This document shows positions 1-8,585 of a DNA stretch of 64,000 nt, one piece after another (the stretch's first letter is position 1; every line of letters begins with the position of its first letter). The stretch is from an uncultured Alphaproteobacteria bacterium (GTDB taxonomy: Bacteria; Pseudomonadota; Alphaproteobacteria; Rhodobacterales; Rhodobacteraceae): positions 1,601 to 65,600 of the forward strand of contig CAWCXM010000012.1 of NCBI GenBank assembly GCA_963799505.1. Direction: 5' to 3'. The notes beneath the pieces are model-generated. The model saw only the letters and a program-made list of their open reading frames with translations, was not told the DNA's origin and made no database searches. A program made the position numbers and the translations under genes.

Positions 1-579
1 GCGGTCCTTGGGCAGATGGCGGGGGTGGACGTGCTTTGCGCCAATGCCGGGATTGCGGGGCCTACGGCGCTCGTCGAGGATGTGGCGCTGAGCGATTGGC
101 GGGCCTGTGTGAGCGTGAACCTCGAAGGTGCGTTTCTGGCGGCGAAACATGCGGCTCCGGTGATGAAGCGGGCGGGCGCCGGGGCGATTGTGCTGACCTC
201 ATCGACCGCGGGGCTCTTCGGCTATCCCAACCGCGCGCCCTATGCGGCGGCGAAATGGGCGATCATCGGGCTGATGAAGACACTGGCGATGGAATTGGGG
301 CCTTTCGGGATCAGGGCCAATGCGATCTGTCCGGGGTCTGTCGAGGGGCCGCGCATGGAAGGCGTGCTGGCGCGGGAGGCCGCAGCCAAGGGGATGACCC
401 GCGATCAGGTCTATGCGGGCTATGCGCAGGGCACGTCGATGCGGTCTTTTGTGGAGGCGCGGGACGTGGCGGAGATGGCGGTGTTTCTGGCGTCCGACCG
501 GGCCAGGATGGTGTCGGGGCAGGTGATCGCGGTCGATGGGCATACGGAGAACCCGGACCCCAGGGTGGGGCCTGCCTGA
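1..579 (+). CDS. SDR-family oxidoreductase, 5'-truncated by the window edge
   Basis: Frame 1 is open from base 1. The translation AVLGQMAGVDVLCANAGI...YAAAKWAI...DGHTE carries the NAG and YxxxK motifs typical of short-chain dehydrogenases. Confidence 0.85.
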   Translation, partial: AVLGQMAGVDVLCANAGIAGPTALVEDVALSDWRACVSVNLEGAFLAAKHAAPVMKRAGAGAIVLTSSTAGLFGYPNRAPYAAAKWAIIGLMKTLAMELGPFGIRANAICPGSVEGPRMEGVLAREAAAKGMTRDQVYAGYAQGTSMRSFVEARDVAEMAVFLASDRARMVSGQVIAVDGHTENPDPRVGPA

Positions 580-580
580 G

Positions 581-655
581 CGCGTTGCGCGGGGGATCGA
601 GACCCGGGGCGCTGCCCCGGACCCCGGAGTTGCAGGGGAAAAATGAAGTGGATGG
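581..655. repeat. GC-rich intergenic REP-like element (CCGGGGCGCTGCCCCGG hairpin ... CCCCGGAG ... AAATGAAG)
   Basis: It shares the motif blocks GGGGC-CTGCCCC, CCCCGGAG and ATGAAG with a second intergenic copy at about 48076-48140. It contains a 7-bp stem, ccggggc/gccccgg. Confidence 0.5.
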
Positions 656-659
656 GGCG

Positions 660-1520
660 CTACCTGATGAGGGCGCGCAGATCCGTGAGGATGTCGGGGA
701 AGTCGCGGGCGGAGGTTGTCGCCTCGCGCACGAGACGGTCGAAATCATCGGTGAAGGTGCTGACGCGGGCGCGGTCGCGGAAGGCCATGTAGTGGCCGCC
801 GGTATAGATGACGGCGAGCAGGGGGCCAAAGACGGTGACCGGTGCCGACCAGAGTTTGCGCGCGTCGAACTGGTAGAGGCGCAGGCGCGGATAAAGCTGG
901 CGGCTGAGCGCGATCAGGTGGTCGGTCTGGGCCAGGCGCAGGGCGGCTGGCAGGCCACGGTAGTAGCCGGTGCCACGCAGGAAGCTGTCGATTTCAAAGA
1001 GCGGGAGGGCGATTTCGTATTCCGAGCCGCTGTCCCGCATCCAGTCGAGCCTGTCGCGGGAGGCGCCGATGGCCTGTTGCGTGGTGCGACCCAGATGCGG
1101 GCCGTATTCCCAGAACAGCATGTCTTCGGTTTTCAGCATGTCGGGCAGGGTCGCGGGGACATGGCGGATCTTGTAGCCCGCCGCCTCGCGGTGCCAGGCG
1201 TAGATCTGTTCGTCGACGAGGGCGCGGGGGGCCTGTGACACCGTGAGACTGGTGGAGACGAGATCGGCCGCGCTTTCGGGGCGGTCCGAGAGGCCAAGAA
1301 GCCAGTCGGTGGAGACGCCGAGAGCCGCGGCACTGGCGGCGATCACATGGGCGCCGGGCAGGCGCGTGCCGGTATCGGTAAGTGCTTGCGACAGGGTGGA
1401 GCGGTCCACGCCGATCGCGCGGGCAAGCGCGCTTTGGCTGAGGCCGGAGGTCGCCAGCGCCTGGGTCAGGCGGGCACGGCAGGTGGCGGCACGGGTGGAT
1501 TTGCTGATCTTTAGTGTCAT
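660..1520 (-). CDS. XRE-family helix-turn-helix transcriptional regulator with a C-terminal uncharacterised domain
   Basis: ATG (cat at 1518-1520) gives MTLKISKS..., and LSQSALARAIGVDRSTLSQAL is a classic HTH_XRE. The longer 439-aa ORF upstream of this ATG is low-complexity R/Q-rich and unlikely to be coding. Confidence 0.8.
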   Translation of the reverse strand: MTLKISKSTRAATCRARLTQALATSGLSQSALARAIGVDRSTLSQALTDTGTRLPGAHVIAASAAALGVSTDWLLGLSDRPESAADLVSTSLTVSQAPRALVDEQIYAWHREAAGYKIRHVPATLPDMLKTEDMLFWEYGPHLGRTTQQAIGASRDRLDWMRDSGSEYEIALPLFEIDSFLRGTGYYRGLPAALRLAQTDHLIALSRQLYPRLRLYQFDARKLWSAPVTVFGPLLAVIYTGGHYMAFRDRARVSTFTDDFDRLVREATTSARDFPDILTDLRALIR

Positions 1521-1628
1521 ATGATGATCTTTGTCACAGTTTGCGGGCTTTGTTAACAATTTTCGGAATGGGCAGGTGCTGCAAACACAGGGAGATTGGG
1601 GGCGGAAATTGAAGTGAAGTTGCCCTGA

Positions 1629-2603
1629 ATGCCCAACGACCTGTCGCCGATCCCGGCCAACCTGCCGCCGCTGCCACGGACGAGTGGCGCGTTCGTGAAA
1701 CGGATCGAGAGCACAGGGCTGATCCGGGAGTGGCCGACGACGCTGCTGCTGGGGGTGACGGCGGCGGTTTGGGCCGGGGCGCTTGCGCTGCCGCAGGGCT
1801 GGGGGTTTTGTCAGGTCGGTCTGTTGACGCTGGCGCTGGTCCTGCATTCGTCGCTGAGCCACGAGATCCTGCATGGCCATCCCTTTGCCGCGCGCCGGGC
1901 GAATACGGCGCTGGGGCTGTTTCAACCGGGCCTGTTCATTCCCTACCTGCGCTTTCGCGATCTGCATCTGGCGCATCACCGCGACGCGCGGCTGACCGAT
2001 CCTTACGACGATCCGGAGAGCAACTACCTTGATCCGGATGTCTGGGACAGGCTGGGACCACTGGCGCGGGGGGTGCTGATGTTCAACAACACGCTTCTGG
2101 GCCGGATGCTGGTGGGGCCGCTGATCGGCACTGTCGTGTTCCTGCGCGCCGATCTGCGCGCGATGGCGTCAGGGGCGCGGGACGTGATCTGCGCCTGGGC
2201 GGCGCATGTGCCGGGTGTGGTCCTGACCCTGTGGCTGGTGGGCCAGTCGACGGTATCGCTCGGCGGTTATCTGGCGGCGGCCTATGCCGCGCTGTCGGTG
2301 CTGCGTATCCGTACCTTTCTGGAGCATCAGGCCCATGAGCGCGCCGCCGGCCGCAGCGTGATCATCGAGGATCGCGGGCCACTGGCGCTGCTGTTTCTCA
2401 ACAACAATTTCCATGCGGTGCACCATGCGCATCCGGGTCTGCCGTGGTTCCGGCTGCCGGGAGCTTACCGCGCGCGCCGCGCGCGCTTTCTGCGGATGAA
2501 CGGCGCCTATGTGTACCGGTCCTACGGGGCGATCTTTGCGCGGTATTTCCTGCGCAGGAAGGACCCGGTGGCGCATCCGCTCTGGCGGGGCAGGGCGGAA
2601 TGA
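1629..2603 (+). CDS. Membrane fatty-acid desaturase family protein
   Basis: Three histidine boxes are present: HEILHGH, HLAHHRD and HAVHHAHP. Hydrophobic segments are also present. Confidence 0.85.
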   Translation: MPNDLSPIPANLPPLPRTSGAFVKRIESTGLIREWPTTLLLGVTAAVWAGALALPQGWGFCQVGLLTLALVLHSSLSHEILHGHPFAARRANTALGLFQPGLFIPYLRFRDLHLAHHRDARLTDPYDDPESNYLDPDVWDRLGPLARGVLMFNNTLLGRMLVGPLIGTVVFLRADLRAMASGARDVICAWAAHVPGVVLTLWLVGQSTVSLGGYLAAAYAALSVLRIRTFLEHQAHERAAGRSVIIEDRGPLALLFLNNNFHAVHHAHPGLPWFRLPGAYRARRARFLRMNGAYVYRSYGAIFARYFLRRKDPVAHPLWRGRAE

Positions 2604-2618
2604 TCTTAAAGCGGTGAC

Positions 2619-3536
2619 ATGAGTACGCCGCTTCCCGATCTGTGGATCCTTGTCACCCTTGCCGCCGCCGCCTTTCAGACGGTGCGGTTCATGCTGCAAA
2701 AGCATCTTGCGACCGATACGCTGTCGGCAGGCGGCGCGACATTTGCCCGGTTTCTGTATTCGATGCCGTTCATTATCGTGCTGCTGCTGGCCTATCTGGG
2801 TCTGGGCGATGTGACGCTGCCACGGGTCGGTGCAAGCTTCTGGGGGTTTGGCCTGCTGGGCGCGGTGTCGCAGATACTGGCGACGGTGTGCGTGGTGCTT
2901 TTGTTCAAGCAGCGCAATTTTGCGGTCGGCATCACCTTCAAGAAAACCGAGGTCATTCAGACGGTTCTGGTGGGCTGGGTAGTGTTGGGTGAGGGGGTAT
3001 CGGCCCTTGGGTTCGCCGCCATCGCGCTGGGCATCGTCGGGCTGCTGATCCTGTCGGGGGCCGAGGGCGCAAGGGGCATCAAGCTGTCCGATCTGGGCAA
3101 CCGTGCGGCGGCTTTGGGGATTGCCAGCGGGGTGCTGTTTGCCTTTTCCGCCGTCAGCTATCGCGGGGCGACGATGGCGGTCGGCACGGAGGATGCGGTG
3201 CTGCGGGCCGTTGTGACGCTGGCGGCGGTGGTCACGATGCAGACGGGGTTGATGCTGGTCTGGCTGCGCCTGCGCGAACCGGGTGAAATCGGCGCGGTCT
3301 GGGCTGCACGGCGCGTGGCATTGTGGATCGGGCTGACGAGCATGGGCGGTTCCTTGTGCTGGTTCATCGCCTTTGCCTTGCAGAACGCGGCCTATGTCAA
3401 GGCGCTGGGGCAGGTGGAACTGGTCCTGTCGGTGCTGGCGTCGACGCTGTTTTTCCGCGAACGGATCACGGGGCGGGAATGGGTCGGGATGGGGGTGCTG
3501 CTGGGGTCGATATTGATGCTGGTGTTGGTGATTTGA
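2619..3536 (+). CDS. DMT/EamA-like multi-pass membrane transporter
   Basis: The 305-aa protein has about 10 hydrophobic helices in a two-half EamA-like architecture. Confidence 0.7.
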   Translation: MSTPLPDLWILVTLAAAAFQTVRFMLQKHLATDTLSAGGATFARFLYSMPFIIVLLLAYLGLGDVTLPRVGASFWGFGLLGAVSQILATVCVVLLFKQRNFAVGITFKKTEVIQTVLVGWVVLGEGVSALGFAAIALGIVGLLILSGAEGARGIKLSDLGNRAAALGIASGVLFAFSAVSYRGATMAVGTEDAVLRAVVTLAAVVTMQTGLMLVWLRLREPGEIGAVWAARRVALWIGLTSMGGSLCWFIAFALQNAAYVKALGQVELVLSVLASTLFFRERITGREWVGMGVLLGSILMLVLVI

Positions 3537-4022
3537 AGGGTGGTGAGCGGACATTGGCTGCATCATGCGCTGAGGTCGGCTTTGCGGACTTTCCGGTAAT
3601 TCACTTTTCGGGCTTCGCTGACGCAGCATTCGTTCGCACGCGCGGCACGTTCATCGCTGTGTCGCAGCGGATGTCGCCAGACCGGTCGTTCAGGGGCCCC
3701 GATTGTGCCTGAACCAAGACCGAACTTTCGCCGCACGCTTCGCCAATATGAAAGATGCGGACTTTGTTGCCGTTGGCCACTTCGACTCGAAGGTCCGCTT
3801 ACTCCGTTTAAAACTAACGAAGGAGAACTGTCAAACTTTGCAAGGTCGTCACGAATTAGGTTACTGTTTTTATTAACAAATCTTGAGGATTCAGCTGTTG
3901 GGAAATTGGCGATTATCAATCATAGCGAAGAGCCCGGTCACTAGATCAACTGTGGAATTTGGTGGACGACGTGGCTAGCCACAGTAAGGAGCCCAAAACG
4001 TCAAACGCTGCGAGCGTTATGA

Positions 4023-4601
4023 TTGACCTATCGTAATCACGTAGATCAAGTTATTCTCACTAAAAAAGCATTGTGGAGATTGAAATTGAGCGGAGATATT
4101 AAGCTTCCTGCGCCTCTAGTCGCAACACTTTCACTGGCATGGACTGGCGAACCATTGCGCGGCTCCAAAATCAAAGGGTTTATCAAGTCACCAGAAATCG
4201 AGAAGTATTTTGCAAACTGTTATCATTGTGCATTTGACTTTATTTTCAACGAGAGCTTTCCACTTCATCCAAAGCACTCTGAATCGATTTTTGATGGTTC
4301 AAAATCAATTTTTCTTGGCACCGCAGTGTTTGAGCCAAATCCAGGTCTCGGTCCTTGTCAGTATGATGCCATGTATTTTCTTTTTGATGATGAAGACGGC
4401 ATATCTACCCATCTCCTACAAATTCATATAAGGGCAAGACATGCTCGTAGCTCAGTTGATAAGATCTTTCTGGAGCACTTTTGTGCTTACGCCAACCAAT
4501 TCATTTCTCCCAACGAAAACCATGTTGAAGCGGGCTCAGTCGATGATCCGGCGCTGAACCTATGGTCGATGCTCTTCGCAACAGGAGGACTGGTCGATTA
4601 G
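4023..4601 (+). CDS. Hypothetical protein in the low-GC island, no recognisable domain
   Basis: It is a 192-codon ORF with a TTG start in the ORF track, so the real start is uncertain. It is the longest ORF in an AT-rich stretch and has no motif I recognise. Confidence 0.3.
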   Translation: MTYRNHVDQVILTKKALWRLKLSGDIKLPAPLVATLSLAWTGEPLRGSKIKGFIKSPEIEKYFANCYHCAFDFIFNESFPLHPKHSESIFDGSKSIFLGTAVFEPNPGLGPCQYDAMYFLFDDEDGISTHLLQIHIRARHARSSVDKIFLEHFCAYANQFISPNENHVEAGSVDDPALNLWSMLFATGGLVD

Positions 4602-5106
4602 GGGGAAATCTGAACGGCGCAAGTATGCCTTAGCGCACAGCTTTTGCCACTGTATCAGTCGAAAGGAAAGACGAGCGGATTTCAAGCAGCCCTTCTACTC
4701 CCTGTTGTATATTGCAACAACGGCACAGACGAGGAAAAGAGAGTATAGAAAACCGTGTGGGCGCTGCAAGATCGAATTTTACAGAATGTACCTGCTGTAA
4801 TCCCGATCGGAAGGATTTTCTTCCCGATATCCACCACTTCGATACGTCGCGTGTGGATGTTGTGGGCTACTACGAAGAAATAGGGACACTCACCGTACAG
4901 ATACTCGTCATATTGGCTCGGACCACCAAAGTCACGGCGGTGTTGGCCAGTGAACGAGATAGGTGTAGCAAAGGAGCTTTCAGGGTCACGGTTGAGTAGT
5001 TCCAAGCTATTGCATAACTAACACTCCAGCAAAGGACAGCGTAGTAGAAGAAACGTGTTTTGGTGCCCGTTTTATATACGTAACGTGCGTAGATTATGTC
5101 CATTGC

Positions 5107-5514
5107 TTGCGTTCGGGACGGTTTGAGATGACTGCCTATATGGCGGCAGTTGAGAAGATGCATGATAAATTGGCGCACCTTTTGCCAAAGCAGCTGGACG
5201 CAATTCTTCTGGAAGACCACTATGAAGCAGGGTTGGCATTCAGCCTTCTTTCTCGGTGCCGGAGAGCAGGATTTGTAAACTTCGCCCATCTGCCGCTTTC
5301 TGCCAGGTTCTCATATTTTGAAAAAGGTGTGGATGAATCACGTCAGCAAATTCTGGAAGCCGCAGCAATGATCGGAAGCTCGGCGATTGTTACACCGTCA
5401 TGTTATTCGAAGAGAACTGTACGCAATGTTTATCCGGTGTCGAACGGGCGTATTTTTGTCGCACCCCTCGCTGTGAACAATGAGGAGCAAGAACCTCTGC
5501 GGTTGGAGAATTGA
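5107..5514 (+). CDS. Hypothetical protein in the low-GC island
   Basis: It is a 135-codon ORF co-directional with the neighbouring island ORFs, with no recognisable motif. Confidence 0.25.
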   Translation: MRSGRFEMTAYMAAVEKMHDKLAHLLPKQLDAILLEDHYEAGLAFSLLSRCRRAGFVNFAHLPLSARFSYFEKGVDESRQQILEAAAMIGSSAIVTPSCYSKRTVRNVYPVSNGRIFVAPLAVNNEEQEPLRLEN

Positions 5515-5633
5515 CAGTTGCTCGCTTCAGCGAGGGTGTGAATGTTTTCTGGCCTTGCCAAACGATGCAGAGCGCACAAGCACCTGGCTCAAGGACAGAG
5601 ATGCACATCGCGCCCAATTGAAGGATATTCTTT

Positions 5634-6629
5634 TTGCCCAATAGAACCCAATCAACCGCAATTGCTCTTTATCTCCATCTGCCTTGGGTGATGGAAAACG
5701 CCGATGTTGAAGATGTAATCCGTGAGAGCCTGTTTCCCTTATTATCGGCCCATGCGCGCACTCGTGCGCCGTTGACGCTTGCAATAACCGGCGCGTTTTT
5801 AGAACGTTTACCAGCGCTCTCGCCTGCTACATTGGAGCTCTTGAGGCAATTAATCTGCGACGAGGTTGTGGAGATAGCCGCAACCTTTTTCCATGAGGTA
5901 TATCCCCACTTCTTGAAGTCAAGTCACCTTGCGGCACAACTGAGCAAGGACATTGCGCTTAAGCAGACACTTCTCGGTGTAACCCCAAAATGTTTTTATC
6001 CAGCCAATTTTGCTTGGTCACCCATATTACCGCATGTAGTTACTTCGTGCGGGATAAGCAGCGTTATTCTCGACCAGGCCCATCTCAATGTCGTCGGAGC
6101 CATGCAGGATTGGAAATGGAATGCACTGGGCCAATCAGGCTCCTTAGTTCCCGCGGCCTTGCCGAAAGACACAATCCGAAGAATGTGGGTTTTGTTCGAT
6201 AATGACATCCCAATCCTTGATCTGTTCTTTGTGGACCGTGATAGAGTGAAAGCCTTTTCGATTTGGTGATACAGGAAGATTCACAACCCGTTGCCAAAGG
6301 TTCTCGTCCGATGACCCGTCAGGTTCTGATTGGGCCATCGGGGCTGACGATACTCGCGGATGATGGAGACCGCATTAATGCACTTTCCGCTTGGCTTATG
6401 AGCAGAACTTGCGGCGGCACGCTGCTTTTTGTCTACTATCAGCAACATTTCTGACGATCGCACGGGGCGGTTGGACTACCTGCCTGGCTTTTCACTTGGC
6501 GATACCTTCGATTTTTGGCTCTCTGGCCCAGAAAGCTTACACTGGTTGAGCATTCTTGACGAAGTCGAAGATAATCTAGATGGAAATCACAGATCACTTG
6601 GCTTCCTGATCCACCATTGCGCGCACTAG
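5634..6629 (+). pseudogene. Glycoside-hydrolase family 57-like gene, fragmented over three frames and 3'-truncated
   Basis: The N-terminus IALYLHLPWV resembles the GH57 HxHLPYV start. The reading continues from frame 0 (5634-6269) to frame 2 (6263-6454) and back to frame 0 (6429-6629). The 3' end runs into the inverted-repeat arm at 6603. Confidence 0.35.
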
Positions 6630-6755
6630 CTCCAACGGCCAGTCGCCATGTCTTCTCCGCACGTCGGGCCTCTCAGGAAGGCTGCGGAGGACCCCCCTTG
6701 CGGAACGCGTGTCGATCACCGTGTTCGGCGATACTCTGGTCACCGCCCACATCGG
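6603..6755 (-). repeat. Inverted-repeat arm b' (copy of the serine-hydrolase 3' segment 8190-8340)
   Basis: The reverse complement reads ...tgtgggcggtgaccaga.tat.c.ccgaa.acggtgatcgacacgc...caatggtggatcag.aa. It is near-identical to the plus-strand 8190-8340, with a few substitutions and indels. Confidence 0.8.
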
Positions 6756-7181
6756 CCGATCAAGTCGACCATATTGACGTGTTGAGATATGCGGGCGGTC
6801 GTGGAAACGGCTCGGAAACATGAACCGGCACCCGATCATCTCAGGAGATCGCACCCACGCAATGACGGTATCTCTTGTGTTTTCAGTGACTTCGAACTGA
6901 ACGGGTTTCTTGGTTTTACTCTGGACTATTGAAACGCGTTCGCGAACGCGGTCATCTTTGACCAAATCGGCCGCGGCGAGTTTGACCAGATCACAGCCGC
7001 GCAGTTTGCTATCAATCGCAACGTTGAACAGCGCAAGGTCACGAAGATAACCCGAAAGTTCAAGCCGCGCCCGGATGGCCGACACTTGTTTAGGAAGAAG
7101 GGGACGTTTTTGGCCGATGATCCGGCCCTTGTTCCAGGCTCTGTGTTTTGGGGTAACTGCGGGAAGTTGAACTCTTGGCAT
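6756..7181 (-). pseudogene. Tyrosine recombinase/phage-type integrase, C-terminally truncated
   Basis: MPRVQLPAVTPKHRAWNKGRIIGQKRPLLPKQVSAIRARLEL...DSKLRGCDLVKL...HISTRQY matches the short integrase family common in alphaproteobacteria. The sequence after RQY switches to hydrolase-derived DNA, so the catalytic HxxR...Y end is missing. Confidence 0.75.
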
Positions 7182-7257
7182 AATATGCCCTCCAATCCTC
7201 CCTCCAAACCCAGACATCAGCACCGCGCTGACAAAGAGAGCATAGCATCCAGCTGAA

Positions 7258-7535
7258 TGGCACCACAGGCGGGTTTCCAGCCGGTCACAAAATTCTGACC
7301 GAACAGTCGACTGACCGCCCAGTTCAGGACATCCGCCTGCGGCGTCTGGTACCTCGAACACCGACCCATGCGCGCGCCCCTCGATGCTGGTCAGTGTGGT
7401 GGCATAGGCATAGAGGCTCTTTGGTCCGTCCCAATCGACCGCCTTGATGCCGGCCCCTAGAACCGCGACGTAATCGGTGGAACTCTGCGTCGGAGCCGTC
7501 ATAGTCCTCGCTGAATTTCGGCGATGCCGTCATTC
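7258..7535 (-). repeat. Inverted-repeat arm a' (copy of the serine-hydrolase segment 7795-8072)
   Basis: The minus-strand translation MTASPKFSEDYD..DAEFH..YVAVLGAGIKAVDWDGPKSLYAYATTLT..EGRAHGSVF mirrors the plus-strand MTASLKFSEDYDDPDAEFHDYVAVLGAGIKAVDWDGPKSLYDYATTLTKLEGRAHGSVF. Nucleotide identity is about 90% or more by eye. Confidence 0.85.
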
Positions 7536-7794
7536 GACCAGGGTGGCACTCTCGTGATTCGCGACGCTGATTGGTTCACAAGGACAGGATCGTCTACGAA
7601 CGTTACCTCAACGGCATGACGCCGGACACGCCGCACATCATGTTCAGCTGCACCAAGTCCTTCGTCGGCCTCTTCGCATTGATGGCGATCGAAGAGGGGC
7701 TGGTCACGCGGGACACCCCGATCGTGGACATCATACCGGAACTCGACAACGGATCGGGTTTTTCCGATGCCACCTTCGGTCAGGTCCTCGACAT

Positions 7795-8072
7795 GACGGC
7801 ATCGCTGAAATTCAGTGAGGACTATGACGACCCCGACGCAGAGTTCCACGATTACGTCGCGGTTCTAGGGGCCGGCATCAAGGCGGTCGATTGGGACGGA
7901 CCAAAGAGCCTCTATGACTATGCCACCACACTGACCAAGCTCGAGGGGCGCGCGCATGGGTCGGTGTTCGATTACCAGACGCCGCAGGCGGATGTCCTGA
8001 ACTAGGCGGTCAGTCGACTGTTCGGTCAGAATTTTGTGACCCTGCTGGAAACCCGCCTGTGGTCAAAACTCG
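7795..8072 (+). repeat. Inverted-repeat arm a (partner of 7258-7535)
   Basis: See arm a'. This arm lies inside the hydrolase pseudogene. Confidence 0.85.
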
Positions 8073-8189
8073 GCATGGCCGGCGAGGCCTATGTCCTTCT
8101 GGATGCCATGGGCAACCTCGTTGCCGGGGGTGGGCTGAACGCCACGGCAGAGGACATGGCGCGCTTTGCCGCGTCAATGCTCCGGAATG

Positions 8190-8340
8190 GCCGTGTGGGC
8201 GGTGACCAGATTATCCCCGAAACGGTGATCGACACGCTTTCGCAAGGGGGGTCCACCGAAGCCTTCCTGAGAGGCCCGAGTGCGGAAGAAGACATGGCGA
8301 ATGGCCATTGGAGCTATTGCGCACAATGGTGGATCAGAAA
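8190..8340 (+). repeat. Inverted-repeat arm b (partner of 6603-6755)
   Basis: See arm b'. This arm lies inside the hydrolase pseudogene. Confidence 0.8.
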
Positions 8341-8585
8341 CACGCCCGGGTCGGAAGCGATCATCGCGCTCGGGGTGCACGGCCAATGGATCTAATTGAC
8401 CGAAGCACAGAGGAGTTGCGGTATCAAGCGATCGGAGATCGCGATGCGCACTGGTCGCATTTCCGACACTGTCATCCTGAGTTCCCGCACCAGAAGCGAA
8501 CGGTTCGGCTCCCGCGGACCTGACTTCGACGCTAGCATTGCCTGGCACGCATGGCCACTGCTGACACCGCTCATGTCAGCTTCGG

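Larger units (their letters stand above)
7571..8395 (+). pseudogene. Beta-lactamase-family serine hydrolase, N-terminally short with an in-frame TAG
   Basis: An SxxK motif (FSCTKSF) is present. ORFs 7571-8005 and 8036-8395 are in the same frame and are separated by a TAG at 8003-8005. The SxxK lies only about 25 codons from the start, suggesting 5' truncation. Confidence 0.7.

Noticed and set aside
1521-1979. The N-terminal extension of the XRE regulator ORF (the 439-aa version starting at 1979).
   Set aside because: The extension is R/Q/P-rich low complexity and overlaps the divergent desaturase gene start. An ATG with the HTH immediately downstream is the more plausible start.
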